DNA of 64,000 bases from the human T2T-CHM13v2.0 reference genome, Homo sapiens (GCF_009914755.1 NC_060925.1); one strand, 5' to 3'; shown: positions 45,561 to 64,000, counted from the first letter of the stretch. Made by a program: numbers and translations. Notes: generated by a model not told the origin, from the letters alone.

Positions 45561-46462
45561 TCAGCCTATATATAAGCCGCAGTCCTCTGCTTATATGTTT
45601 CTTGGCTCTGCACCTGAGTAGTCTTTTCTGAGAGTCATGTGAGTAACCTTTTGTTATTACTACGTATACATTTTTTTGCTAAATACTATTTTGTCTTAGG
45701 CGGTGAAATGTTACTGTAATTGGTCAGGTTAATAACAGACTGACAGTGCAGTTCCTACACTTGTGCACTGAGGAAATCATCAGAGCAGTTTCAGCAGCAT
45801 AAAATAGGTAGAGAGTACAAAGGAAGACCTAGTTTTGAAAAACTCTTCAAAGTGCTTAAAGTTTTGAAAGTGTCAGAGGAAATAGGAACTTCATAGATTC
45901 TATGGTGAGGAGCCTTCTTGGGCCTTGGTCAACACCTTAACCTTTCTTTACAAAAAGTTTTCAGTATAGTGTATTGAAGAATGTTTTCTGTATCCACATA
46001 TTTCTTGATTTGTAATGAAACCTCATTAGGAAATTGGAATATAGTTAGATTTGCTGAAATGAATTTGATGGTTTAGATGAATGAATCCTTTATTGTCTAG
46101 ATAGAAAATTGGTTGCACCCTTAACTTAAGGCATGGATAACAAATACGCAGTGTGTATATACTTTCCACAGCCCTCTCCTATTGCTTATGAACCATGTCT
46201 ACTTTCCACAGTTGTCTCCTATTACTTATGAACCACATTAACTCTTCATGCTGAACCCAGATGTAGCATCAGAATTCTTGTTAGTAATGTTCCATAAAGC
46301 CACTACCAATTAGTCTTACATGACATATGACATAAAACCTTTTTTGATCCCTGGTGTAAGAATTCAGTTCACAAGATAAAAATTATGCAGAAAACAACAC
46401 ATAAATTGGAAATGAGCATTGAATTGCTTATTCACATTACTGGAGTTTATCAATAATAGTAA

Positions 46463-46657
<195 letters not shown>

Positions 46658-48026
46658 TAAGGTTGAATAATGTGATATTTAGTCTTTAACCCTAATTATT
46701 GCAAGAAAGTTTCAGGACAACAGGTTCAGGCTAGTAATTTAAGTTACATACTTAATGGTAAATAGCTTCTACCATTAAGTATGAAAGTTAGTAGCCATTT
46801 TGTAATCAGTAAATGTAGGACAGTAGAAATTGCATTGTATTGCAATTCTAGGCCCACCTTTGGCCCTAGGGATGGGTGACTTTGGAAAAGTCACTAATCT
46901 GCCTACCTGGTTTTTACAGATACTTTGCTACATAAGGGAATTGGCAGGTGACTTTGGAAAAGTCACTAACCTGCCTACTTCTTGGTTTTTACAGATTCTT
47001 TGCTTTTAAAAAGGAAGTTGGTAAGTTCTGCTTGACTAAGTTAGTCCTTTTTAAAAGTTGTGTATTCATGTAGAAAGCTCTGAAAAGTAGGTGTATCCTT
47101 ACCTTTGATTGGTTAGAGGTCTGTGTGAAAACTATTATAACACTGAGTCCCCGAGAATATCTTAGATTTTCTTTTCTTGATTAGTACATATAAAACTCTT
47201 TGCCCTATAGAACTTTGATTTTGTCTTATTCTTTAATGGATGAGGTGCTGTTTCACTTAAGAAGTAATTCAAGTGAGCAGAGTAATTTGTCAATCAGGTT
47301 GAATATCACATCATTTTAGGCTCTTATTAACTTGAGTACAAAATATGTAAAGATTGCTTAGTGAGTTTCAGACATTTCTTAAACAATGATTTAGCAGTTG
47401 TTTTTACCATTAATCGACAGAAGAGAATGAAGGACATGATATATTTTAAAAAATCAGTACTAGGGATTTTAATGGTTTCATTTACTCCATGAGATACTTT
47501 AGAATGTGGCCCATTGATTAAACTGCCTTTTAATATTGGCTATTTGAATAAGCAACTGATACTCATATTTCATAACATCTAGAATCCTAAAAGAAAATGT
47601 TTCTTTTAAACTATGTCAAGAAACTGTGTGCTCAATTGGAAAGATTAAGGGAAATATATTCCTGATTTTACAACTAACATTCTATTATTTTATGCAAATC
47701 ACTCAATCTTTCAGTTCCTTAGTTTTTCTAGTATGACATGAAGGGATTGAATCTCTGAGACCCCTCATGTCATTCTTCTTCCAAACGGCAATAGAATTTC
47801 CCATGCTAAATCACTGAAGAGTTAGAGTATATAAGTGCCAGTATGTTTCATTTTGCATGAACTGGGCCTGTTAAATTTCTGATGTGATAAAATCTTTATG
47901 CTGTAGAAGGTATTTGACTTATTTGGCTGAAGATTGAGTCAGAAGTTTCCTCAAGTAGATCATGCCCTTATTTAAAAGTGTTGCTGGCACTCAGGCAAGC
48001 AACATTGGTAACTTTACTTAGATTAA

Positions 48027-49285
<1,259 letters not shown>

Positions 49286-50227
49286 TTGTTGCTGTTTTAT
49301 CATTTGTGACATTAAGTTAATATTTACTGCCTTTTGACTTTATTGCATTATTTATGTATTAAGTTTACTTTTCTTTTTGTCTCTGTGACTCCAGACACTT
49401 AATTTAAAATAGTACTGTTTGGTACTAACTTGATCTCAGACTTACATGAGGACTCTGAAATTATGTGACACTTCTTTATTCATGTATATAGTATAAGGTG
49501 GTTATCTGGATGACCCAGAATATGCTTATATTTTGGTTAGAAAAACCACCTAAATGAAAAGAACTTAATGCAGGCTTTAAGAAGTTTGCTGGACCCTGTT
49601 TTAGAAAATTAGTTTTATTTTATAGGATTAAAAAGTGGTGTTTTTTTTGATTCATAAAAGTTTTAGAAATTTAAGAAGTATAGAACTGTAGAAAAAAGGA
49701 AAATTACTCAGTGATTCATAAAAGTTTTAGAAATTTAGGAAGTATAGAACAGTAGAAAAAAAAGAAAATTACTCAGTGGTAACTATCCTCTTTATGATTC
49801 TTGCCTGTCTTTTGGATATATCTATATTCTTTCTATTGTATATAGAGATTATATTATGAATAGCATTTACTTTGTCTTGTTTTTCTTAATGGCAATGGGA
49901 AAATGTATTTTGCTGGATTTCCCTTAAGATAAAAGACACATTTTTGACTCCTGTAATGGTCATTCTCATAGAAAATAATGAAGCCAACTAAATGTTTTAA
50001 ATACTGAATCCCTTACCTCTTTCCTAGTTGTTGCTGCTGTGCTTCAAGTAACTGAATTGATTTTATCTCTAGGCTATCCAAGATGTATTCTCATACAAGA
50101 CTGACTTAGAGTATTCTTTTTACTAGGTTGGCTAATAGCAGTTAAATTATTTGTGCCAAATTGTGTCTCACAGTTTGATTTTAAGATGTGTATGTTTTAT
50201 TCTTTTAATATTCTTTTGCTGATTTGA

Positions 50228-50344
<117 letters not shown>

Positions 50345-51109
50345 TAAAAGTTTTAAAAAGATCAATTTTATTTTGTAGTTTGGTCATACTCAAAATTAGG
50401 TGGGGTTATTGGGCTATTCTGGTAGGTTAAAAGATTCCTGGTGTTATGCATTCTACTTCTGGTATGGCAATTATGTAAACAAATTTCTTGCCAAAAATGG
50501 ATATGAGGAGTTTCATAGTTATGTTTCAGTAGTGTAATGAATGAACAGTTCATATCAGAAATAGAAATAGTGATTTTGAATTATGAATAATGTCTCTGTA
50601 TAAGATTAACCTGAGAACCAGACAGGGCTTAGGGAATCAAAGGGAAGAGCCTGGGTTACCAGAACCTAGGAACTTGGTGGAGGAGTCCCATGCATTTAAT
50701 ACATGTACTTCTAAGAAGGGGCAGCACCTGGCTGATACTAATATCTTTAAGGGGGCCTGATGAGGTCGGGGTTGAGTATACTGAAAGAAGCCAGAACCTG
50801 GAGCAAATTGCCAGTGCTGGGATACAGCTGATGGTAGAATGAAGAAAAATCCCTTCTCCTCCCTTCTAGCTTTTTCTAGTATCCCCTATTGACAGGACCT
50901 AAAAGGATGCCAGCTGGGAATAATTTATATCACCGATTATAGAAAGTGGACTTAGTGCTGAGAGACAGTGAATAAATAACCAGCACATTCTCCTATCTAA
51001 ATTCCTCTCTACCTCTGCACTACCTATTCCTCTTCATTTTATGTATTTACTTATACTGTTTCATGCCTGTTTGCCTTCATAGAATGTGGGATACACAAAG
51101 TCAGTGTTC

Positions 51110-51716
51110 TGGTTTTATCGTTTGACAAACTACTCTAAATCTTAGTTGCTTAAAGCAACAACCATTTTATTAGATTGCTAGAATCTATGGGTCACGAATT
51201 TTGACTGGGTGCTTACGAATTTTGACCGGGTGCTCCAAGGATGGCTTGTCTCTGCTCCATGATGTCCAGACCACAACTGGGGAGATTTGAAGATTGTAGT
51301 AGCTTGACATTTGGGGGCTAGAATCATCTTGAGGTTTCTTCACTCATATGTGTGGCACCTGGGGTGGAATGACTTGAAGACTAGGACTACTAAATGGAGT
51401 GCCTGCATAGGGCCTCTTTGTGTGGCGTGGTGTTCTCAGTCATGGTGGTCTCAGGGTAGTCAGACTTCAAAGGCTCCAAGTATGAGTGTTCCAGCACACA
51501 AAGCAGAGGCTGCATTTCCAGCTTCAGAATTCACATAGCATTACTTCTATCTTCTCTTGATTGAAGGAGTCAAGCCCACCTAAATTCTTGGGGAGGGGAA
51601 ATCGACTCTACTTCTTGGTGGGAAAGTGGCAAGATCACATTGTAGAAGATCATGAGGGAAGATCATGAAGGATGGTAGATATCGTATGGCTAATTTTGGA
51701 AAACACAGTCTGCCAT
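51110..51716. mobile_element. MLT1-type MaLR LTR
   Basis: acaaactactctaaatcttagttgcttaaagcaacaacc...tttggaaaacacagtctgcca. Confidence 0.65.
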
Positions 51717-52228
51717 CCCCACCCTATTCTATCTTTGACACCAAGGGATACTGCCTGGGCCATAGTTGCTCAGTACATTTTTATAGGATAAATTAATAGT
51801 TTAAAAGATATGAACATTTTTTATGAGTTTGAATTGTATTGTCAAAAATGCTTTCCAAAATATTTCCTGTTTCTTATTTTTTTAAATTTTTTGGGAAGCT
51901 ATAATATTTTGCATATGGTAAAATATTCAAAAGGTACAAAAATCTGTATAGTAGAAAAATGTCTCCTGCTTTTATTCCTCAGCCAACAAGTTCTATTTTC
52001 CAGAGACAACCACTGTTACCAGTTTCTTCTGTTTACCCTTCCAGAGAATTAGTGCAGATGCAAGTGTACACATATATATACACACACACACAGACATACA
52101 TATATACCCCCTCCCCACATATATATATAATTTGTAACACAAGTGGAAACATACTAGATATATTGTTTTCTGCATCTTTCATTTTCACTCGTTATATTTT
52201 GGTGACCTTAGCTTCCATATCTGATTGA

Positions 52229-52510
<282 letters not shown>

Positions 52511-54302
52511 TGAATACTACTATGAGTTATATTGTCTCATTTATTGAGGGAACTGAGACTCAAGAAAGAGCCTTGTGGGAGCTAGAAAGTTGTTAGTGCC
52601 TTTGGTTTTGCTCTCTTTTCCCCTCTGTTCATGCCTCCATAATTTCATTGTTTCATTTGTTTCATTGCATTTTAACAGTATCCAGTATTTGTTTATTGGC
52701 TTACTGTCCTTTCTCCCACCCTTTCTTTCTCCTCCCTATTAGGATATACATTCTTTATATATGGACATAGAAGAATGTAAGATGGTCAGTTTTTATATCT
52801 CTTTAGTCACAGCATCTAGAATGATTGCCTTAGTTTGGGAATGCCTAGTGCTACCTTTTGAAGGGGCTCACGTTTTTATAGAAGTCTGGTAGCTCTTTTA
52901 AGAACACTTCTGCTCTGTGTCCAGACAAAAGCCCTGAGGCCAGGAAAAGGAAGTACCTGATTTAGGTACTTTTTAGAATGGGGAAAGGGAAAGTATAAGA
53001 ATAAAAAAATCAAATAATATTTTAGTATATTATATGTGCTATAAATTGTGGTATCTTTGTTCCTGCAGGCTCTACATTTAGTTACTAAATCCTGGTGGTT
53101 ATATGCACATATTAATTCAAGGATTTATCTTTTCTGCCCCTGCCAGGCCATCACTATCTCACCTGGATTAAGTCAATAGGATTTTAACTGGTCAGCCTTA
53201 CAACTCCTCAAACCTTTCTTAGCAGTGGAATCTTCAAAGAGAAATCTTTCAGTGTCACAAGCTTTACTGTATCAGTCATTTGCTTAAAACTTTTTAGTAA
53301 CTTCCCAGTCCTTACAAGGATGAAATTTAAATTCCCAGAGTACTAGGCTTTCCATGATCTGGCCCCCATTTACCTTTCCAGTCTCTTTTCTTGCTATCCC
53401 CTCCTACTTCCACATTCCCCTTAATTTGAGCCCTGTGAGAGTTCCTCTCTGAGAGCTCCTATGCACTCTACTCATTCAACCGCTGTGCCAGGCACTGTTC
53501 CAGATGCTGGCAGTGAACAACAGCAGTGAGATTGCTGCTGTTACAGTTCTAGGTTTTTGCACATCCTCTTTCTTCTGCCTAGAATAGCCCCATTTTTTTC
53601 TTGTCTTGGAAAACTCATCCTTCAAGTCCCAGTTCAAAAACTACTTCCTTTATGAAGCTTTTCTCTGATTGCTGCTATTGGTAGCTCTCTGAGGTCCCAC
53701 AATTTCTCCAAATGATTTAATTTTTTAAAAAATTAATAATTACAAAAGGTAGCATACTGTATACCCTGTCCTGTACCTTGTTTTTTTAGCTTAGCAGGAT
53801 AACTCTTAATTTCAGAGTATATAATTTTCCCATTATGCTACATAATGTTTCATTGCATGGCCTTATCATGCTTAATTTAGTGATTTCCTTATTGATGAGT
53901 ATTTGTGTTGTTTTTAGTCTTTTCCAGACCCAATTAACCTGTACATAAGTCTTTTCCAGACTCAAATAACCTATAGTAAATAACCTGGTACATAAGTCAC
54001 TTTATATTTTTACCAGGATATTTTTGGGATATATTTCAAGAGGTGGGATTGTTGACACCAAGGTAAATACACTTGAATTTTGCTAGATACTGCCAAATTT
54101 CTCTCTATAGGGGTTGTAAAATTTTACATCCTCATCAGCAGTATGTAAGAGGGCCTGTTTTCCCATCATCACTCCACAATAGGTTTTGTTTTATATCTCT
54201 TTTATTATAAGTATGGTTAAATAATATCTATTCATATGTTTTATATGTTTAAGGCCTATTTGCATTTCTTTTTAAAAAATGAACTGTCATTTCAAATTTT
54301 TG

Positions 54303-54606
<304 letters not shown>

Positions 54607-57319
54607 GTTCATTTTTTAATTGAATTGTATTGGTCTTTTTCTCTTTAATATTTTAGGTGCTTTATTATATATTAGGATTATTAGTCCTTAGTTTGTGAAA
54701 TAAGCTGCAAATATTTTTTCCCCAATTTTTCTTTTGTCTCTTTGCTTTATTTCTGGTGTTTATTTTTCCCCAGGTGTACTGTTTTCTATAGCCAAATTAT
54801 TGATCTTTTCTTTAATTGCTTTTTTGTTCACTCAAAGGAAGGTTTTCACCACTGAGAGGTTATAAAATAATTCACTCATATTTTTACTCTTTTTTTTTGC
54901 TTATGTTAATTTTTTGTTTGGAACAATCTCAAATTCACAGAAGTGTTGTGAGTACGTTGCAAATAACTTGTTTTTTCCTTATGCATTTCAGAGTAAGTTA
55001 CCAGTCCGATGCCCCTATCACTCCAATACTTTAGTGTCTACTTCCTACAAGCACAGATATTTCTTAGCCATAATACAAGCACAAAATCGGGAAATAAACA
55101 TTAATATGTTACTATAATCTAACCTTCAGCTCTCGTTTAAATTGTGCCAGACATCCCAGAGGTGTCCTTTAGACTATCAAAAGGACCCAGTTCAGAATCA
55201 AGCATTGCATGTGGTTATCTTGTCTTTTTAATCTTGTTCAGTATGAAACAGTTCTTCATTAATCCTTGACTTTCTTCACCTTGTCACTTTTGGGGATTAG
55301 GAGTTAGTTATTTTGAAGAGCATTTCTTAGTCGGGTTTGTCTGATGTTTCTTTAGGATCATATTCAGGTTTTATATCTGTGGCAGGAATGTCACAGAAGT
55401 GCTGTCTGTGTCCAACTTTTGATGACCCAATTTTGATTTTTTCTAATACTGATTATTTTCACTTTGATCCCTTCATAGATGTTATCTGCCAACCTATTCC
55501 ATTGTGAAGTTGCTTTTTCTCTCTATGCCATACATATTTTGTGAGAAAGATACTTTAAGACTATGTAAAAATATCCTGTTCATCATCACACTTTATATTT
55601 GTTCACTTATTTGTTAATATCTGTATGGATTCATCGTTTCTTATTTTATTCAACAGATTATAATCCGTTACTATAATTATTTATTCTGATTCTTACATTG
55701 TTCTGGATTTGGCCAGTGGGGGTCCCTTCACACCAGCTCTTATGTTCTTTTAACATGTCTCCTTTGGGCTCTGATGTCCTTACACTAGGCTGTCTTCCCA
55801 TGCGGATGCCCTCCTCACTCTGCTGTGACTCCTCATGCCAGGCCGCCTGCCATATCAGTGCCCTCTCTACCCTTCTTGGACCCTGACATTCCACCAGGCT
55901 ACTTCTCTGCGTGGATGGTGGTCTTGCTTTACCCCATCTAGTGGCTTAGGATAAAATTATTCAGGAAGGAATATTTTCTAAGTGACTATGAATAAGTATT
56001 TATCATGAGATATTATTTTTAGTGTTTAGATCTCGGATCCATTTGAAATTACCCTTGTGTATTATATGAGATACAAATCCAATTTTATGTTTTTCCAAAT
56101 GACTATCAAAATGATTATTCTAGTACCATTTATCAAAAAGTTCATCTGATTTCAATTATATGCATGTATTTTAAATTTATGTAAATGGCATTATAGTAGA
56201 TATCTTTATATTATTTACTTTTAAAAATCAGCACAGTGTTTTTAAGATAAATTCCTATTGCTCTGTGTACATCAAATCTGTTGCATCTAACTCTGTACAA
56301 CATTCAAGTATGCATTCACTACATTTTTACCTACACCATAATGAATATTTTAAAAAATGTTCCCTTGCGGACCCATGTGAGAAATCCTTTAGAATATATG
56401 CCTAGAATTGCTGGGTAGTAGAATGTGCAGGTATTTAATTTGACAAGTGCTTCCATATTTCTCTCCAGGATCATCATAGTACTCTGTGGGCTGGCAGCAG
56501 TGCCTGAGGATCCCTGTGACTTCTCTCCTGATACTTGGCATTGTCTGCCTTTTTAATTTTTACTCCATGGCACAATGTGTTTTTTTGTTGTTTGCTTTTA
56601 TTTTGTTTTACTTTGTATTTCTTTGGTTATTGTTTTCAACATTTATTTACATTCTTATGAGCTTTTTGGACTTTTTTTCTTTTATACATTGTTTATTCCT
56701 GTCCTTTGCCAGTTTTTCTACTCAGTTGTTGTCTTCTTGTTTATCAGCAGGAATTCCTCATATACTTGAAATAGTAAAACTCTTGTTGGATTTAGACATT
56801 CAAATTGCCTATATCTTTTCCCTTTCTATTATCTATTAACTTTGTAGTCTTTATTAAGTATAAATAGTTAATTTTCAATTACTCAGGCTTATCTTTTTTT
56901 TTCTTTTCCTTTATGGCTTATTTAAGAAGTCCTTCTATGCTTTTAGAGCACAGAGGTATTCTGCATTTTCTTTTATTAACCATATGGTTTACCTTTCACA
57001 TTTAGGTTTCTTAATACTCTTAGACACCACTTTAATATGTGGTATTATGTAGGGATCTAGCACTAGGTAGGGATCTAATTTTAATTTTCTCTATAAAATG
57101 AATCAGTTTTCCTAACTGTATTGTCTTTATAATCACTTGTAATCACTCTTTTCAACAATATTGTATATCTCTCTGTTTACTGAAATCTTTTATGCCTTAG
57201 TTCAGTTGTGTAGTTTTCTTCATATGGGTCCTGCACATTCCTTAGAAAATTTCTAGGTATTTTGTAATTGTTATCGCTATTGTGAGTGAAATATTTATTT
57301 ATTTGTTTTATTTAAATCT

Positions 57320-57571
57320 TTTTTATTTTTAACTTTTTTTGGGTACATGGTAGGCATATATATTTGTGGGGTACATGAGATGTTTTGACACAGGCATGCA
57401 ATGTAAAATAATTAGATCATGGAAAATGGGGTATCCATCCCCTCAAGCATTTATCCTTTGTGTTATAAACAATCCAGTTACATACTTTTTGTTATTTTAA
57501 AATGTACAACTAAGCTCTTATTGAGTATAGTCACCCTGCTGTGCTATTAAATAATATGTCTTATTCCTTCT

Positions 57572-57605
<34 letters not shown>

Positions 57606-57760
57606 ATTAACAATCCCCATCTCACTACCAGCTTCTCAGTACCCTCCCCAGCCTCTGGTAACCATCCTTCTACCCTATGTTCATGATTTCAATTGTTTTG
57701 GTTTTTTGATCCCACAAATAAGTGAGAACATGTGATGTTTGTCTTTCTGTGCCTGGCTTG
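57320..57760 (-). mobile_element. L1MA 3' end
   Basis: gggtacatggtaggc...ggggtatccatcccctcaagcatttatcc...cccacaaataagtgagaacatg; same family as 10463-11140, opposite orientation. Confidence 0.85.
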
Positions 57761-58754
57761 AAATATTTATTTTTTATTATGTTTTCTAAGTGTATATTAA
57801 TACAATATTTTCAAGTCAAATTTTTTTTTCAGTGGATTGTTACATGTGCTTCAAGTATATAGCATATTACCTTGCTAAAAGGCACGCTGTCTCTTTTGTT
57901 TTAATGTTTTTTAAATTTCTTCTTTTAGTGTAATTATACTAGAATTACAGAAAAAGCAGGTATCTATTTTTTATCCTGACTTTAATTGTAATGCATTCAG
58001 CATTGGACTTGGCTGTATAATTACTGATAGCTTTTTAATGTTAAGAAAGTATTCCTCGGATCCTTGTTTTCTAGGATTTTATTGAGGAATACTTGTCGAA
58101 TATTATCAAATACCTTTTAAGCATCAAAGGCCGTGAAGATAATAGTCTCCTCCCGTGTTACCTTGTACTCTTTGGTTTCTTGGAAATGTATTTTAATACA
58201 CTCTACATATTGCTCAGCTTACATGCTGAGTAGGTGTTAAGGATGAAGGAAGATGCAATTGTCACTTGTCACTCTCACCAGTGAGACTGAGAGCATTTCT
58301 TTCTCCCATATCCTCTCAAGGTCATTTAAATTTTTTTTTATGATAAAAAAAGTTTAAATTTGCCTTTGACTACCATTTGCGTTTCCTTTTCAGTGAAATG
58401 GCTGTTCCTGCCTTTTGTCTATTTTTCGCAAATATTTTCTACCAATATATATCTTTTAACTTTGTTTATGGTCTAGTTTTTATTGTTAAATAGTTTACTT
58501 ATTATTTGTTCAAATCTATTTCTTCTTCCTTTGTGGCTTCTGTGTGTTCTGACTTAAGAGGGTCTGCAACACCCTGAGAGTAAACAAGTATTCTCTTAAA
58601 TTTTATTTTTATATTATAATCTTATAGATTATTTTGAAGATGTTATGAAGTAGAGATTATGTCTATTGCGTGATCATGCATGCCATCTTTTCTGTCTGAA
58701 TTGAATTGCTACTTCTATGTTGTTTCTTTATTCTAACAAAATGAGATAGATTCA

Positions 58755-59222
<468 letters not shown>

Positions 59223-59382
59223 TTACAAAATAGAAAACAGAAAAGAATACAAATAAAATTATTTTGCTTTTGATATTCTTTTAAGACCAAATAAGAGAGA
59301 TTATGGAGAAAGGATATTGGCATTTTAACTGCAACCTTATACTGATACTGAATGTTTGTATGACTACGAACCAAGTTTTATA

Positions 59383-59433
59383 TGTGTGTGTGTGTGTGTG
59401 TGTCTCTGTGTGTGTGTGTGTGTGTGTGTGTGT
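59383..59433. repeat. Interrupted (TG)n microsatellite
   Basis: Seen directly. Confidence 0.95.
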
Positions 59434-59668
59434 AGTTTGTAGGAAGAAATGTAGCAACAGATCAATGATTCATATCTTTAACAGGATGGCATAGACTTAC
59501 TCTGCATTTTGAGTTATTTTTCCTTTGGTATAGATGGATCATGCTGATAGTCACTTATTACTTAATATATATATACAGTTTCTAATATACCTTTCCTTTG
59601 AAGTTACCCTGAAGTGTTTTTCTGTTTATATGTGGGTCTCCTCCTTTTCTATGCAATTTGCTGCTTAA

Positions 59669-59899
<231 letters not shown>

Positions 59900-60356
59900 T
59901 AAAAGAAAATGCTGGATTAAATTTATGTTTATTAGGCTGGCTTGCTGTTTTTTAATTGGTGGACCTATATTGTTTGTTGTGAGTGATTACCGTGGAGAGG
60001 AAAGGGGAGAAATAATCTTTGGTTGTCTCTGTCTTTACAGGTGAAAGATACTTTAAAATAGACTCAGACCCCACCATCTTCAGGAGAGATTTCAAAGTTT
60101 CAGTTAAAGATAACTGAATGGAGCTATGACATTTGTTACCTCATTAATCTCTGGGTGTTATCCCGTGATTTTAGCAATTCTCCTTTACCAGTTAGTGTGT
60201 CCCATTCCCAAAACTGCAGCTTGGTTAGAAAAGGAGGTAACAGTTTAAGTACTTTTCTTCAGTTCATTCAGGTATATGTACTGTAGCTATGCTTAAACTC
60301 CAGTTAAAGATTGTTAATCGAAGTTAAGATAATGTGTAGAGAAAGGTGTGTGATAG

Positions 60357-60632
<276 letters not shown>

Positions 60633-62174
60633 TGAGCAGAATTTAAGGCTGTGTAAATTTATTTGGAGGGCAGTAAGGGTTGTGTCATATGATTTGTTTT
60701 AATTCAGGTTATAATTTCTGAGCACGTGCTGTTTGTCAGGAATGTCTTTGGTTATGAGGACGTTGCAGAGATGACTAATGTGTGGTTCCTGTCATAACAA
60801 GGGATATAGCTCTCCAGACCAGTTACATCTGATGGTTATTTTGAAAATCTGGGACACTTTCTTGGTGCCATTTTATTCTGGTGGATAAAATACAGGAACA
60901 CAAATTTTAAGCTAGTTGAAGGCAGAGTTCAGGTCAGCCAGATTTTTGTGGCTGTGAACTTTTTTTGTTTTGAAGGAATATTTAAAATAATAGGGTCCAT
61001 TTCAGGTGTGTTATAGCAATAGAATCACACCCTTAATCTCTGAGGAGGCTGCATGGTTTAGTAAACAGTATATTGACCTGGTCATGAGGAGACCTGAACT
61101 CTGCTTTCAACTAGCTAAGAATTTGTGTGTTTCGTATTTTATCCACCAGATGGCCTCATACACTTGTGATTCTATGAGAGGTTTATGTCATTATTGAAAG
61201 AAGTTCAAGTCTGAGGATTTGGTACTATTCAGATATGGGAGTCATTTCCGTATGGAGATCTCTTAGGTAGATTAGTCATCATTGTACTCATACTGATATC
61301 TGTATACACTGGGTACAAGAAAACTTTTGCAGCATTCTTATCTCTGGATTTAGTTTGTTGGCACCAGATATGACTAGGCGATAATGGGGTATGGGTTGTA
61401 AATAAACACCAATGTTACATTTGTACTGTATCTCCAATTGTGAATAGGTAGCTCGTTTTTTGGAGCATAGTTTTAATGAGGGTAAATTTGATAAATTTAA
61501 TTTCCAGATACTCTTTTAGCTTTGTTCTATTACATGGTCATAGACAATATGACATTGATAAAAAGAAGACCTAGATGAGAGAATGGATGAATCAGTGAAA
61601 ATTCATCCATCAGTCCCACCAAAAATAAACAGACAAACAAACAAACAAAAACCAGTTTGAAATGCCTGCTCTCTCAGTACAAAGTCAGAACTGCTGCCTT
61701 TTCCATCTGAAAAGTAGCATTCCTATAGAATAGGTATTCTTGTGATTTATAAATGTGTATTAAGGGTTCATGAACTCCTTGAAACAAAATGCAGGATTTA
61801 ATGTATGTTCATATGTGGATTATTCTAGGGATAGTCTCCAAAACTTTCATTAGGATCTCATAAGGATCTGTGCCTTCCCAAAGGCTAAGAATTTAAACTA
61901 ATGAAGAACCTCATTGTAGTTCCCATAAGCTATTAAAATACGTCTATACAAAAAGTCTGACATTAATATGACTAGCGTATAAAGCAGGGGTATTCCTAAG
62001 AATTTGCCCTTAGCAGATCATTGACTATGTTTGAGTGATGGAAGATCTTACCTATAATAAGAAGACAAACTGTTCTTTTCTGAGCAGTTTATCAGTTCCA
62101 GAAACCTGAATTACACATTATTTGAAACTTCAATACTTTCCTGTCATCTGAAGACTATAGTTATTTTTTTGTGA

Positions 62175-62912
<738 letters not shown>

Positions 62913-64000
62913 TCCTAGTTTAGTTTTCGAACTTTATAATATTACTCTTTTCTATAAATCCCTTCTTCTAGCTCAACTAATCTGTCATTGTCCTTTGAAT
63001 TCTCTTGTTTTTCCTAGTTTTTTGGCTCACCATTTTCTACCAACCAGCAACAACTTATGCCTACTTCTACTTCTCAGTCCTCCATGTCCTTTAAGACTGT
63101 TTTGAGTAGTGTAGATGAGAGATAATGAAAGCCTGGAATATCAATGAAAGTGGAGAACCAGGATGAAGAGTAGAGATGTTAAAAGTGTAGAATCTTAGAG
63201 ATTGGTAATTGGATTGTGTAGAAGGAGGCTGAACGATAGAGAGGAAGGTGTCTAGGATGACTTCCGTTTTTCTATCTTGGGGCTTTTTGGGTAGATGATG
63301 GCAAAAATTATTGAAATGGGAGACAGAGGTAAAATATGTTGCCCAGATCACTCTGCTAATAAGAAGTGGAGCCAGAACTTGAGCCCAGGTGGTCTGGCTC
63401 GGAGTCTATGTGAATAATCACTATACTGTATCGCCTTAAAAAAAAAATGACAGATGTATTCCTTGCTCTCAAGAATTCTACACTTTAATTGGGGGATTAA
63501 ATTCACATAAACAGTTAAATAACAGTCACTGTGATAACTAATAAATTAATAACTCATGCAGTGCCCTTATGGAAGCTATTATTATATAGAAAAGGAGATT
63601 AATAATAATAATAATTGCATTTAAGTTCTTACTATGTGCCAGACACTCTTCTAAGTGCTTAAGTGCATTATCTTATTTCAAATAATATTTACACATTATT
63701 TGAAACTTCAGTATGTTTCTATGATTTATGGTGATGGGTTGTGATATCTCCATTTTTTAGATGAGAACGCTAAGTACAGATTATTTGCCCTAAGTCACAC
63801 ACCGATGCTGTTTCAGACAAAGTAGGCATTCAATAAATGTTTGATACATAGTTTAAAATCTTTGAAGAAAGTTTAAAAGAAAGAACTATCAAAATCAGTG
63901 AGTTACACATAGTCAAAAAAATATATGGCATTGAATCCAGCCATGTTCCGTTAAGGGGGATTTGCATGTAATGCCAGAGAGGATTTTGAGCATGCTAAAA

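Overview
Primate (very likely human, chr1q23.3) genomic DNA. It holds the complete 6-exon DUSP12 (hYVH1) gene on the + strand. Hand-spliced CDS 18121..25275 gives 1023 nt = 340 aa plus stop, with the catalytic HCHAGVSRS motif and a C-terminal Cys/His zinc-binding domain. Downstream, also on +, are exons 1-6 of ATF6 (c.1-688; start 34689; the gene continues beyond the window). There is a 7SL (SRP RNA) retropseudogene at ~4130-4430 and two CpG-rich promoters. The rest is mostly interspersed repeats: ~35 Alu/FLAM, L1, L2, MIR, several LTRs, and MER1/MER5/MER58 DNA transposons. Nearly all other ORFs in the track are Alu, L1 or microsatellite artefacts. I found no convincing new protein-coding system. 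The best second-look items are: a perfect 28-bp-arm hairpin inside an old MER5 element; a ~190-bp non-Alu inverted duplication in ATF6 intron 1; minus-strand splice donors and a second motif cluster upstream of ATF6 suggesting a divergent transcript; in-frame alternative starts and acceptors in ATF6 and DUSP12; and Alu geometry that could drive circRNA or editing. Repeat subfamily names and boundaries are by eye and approximate.
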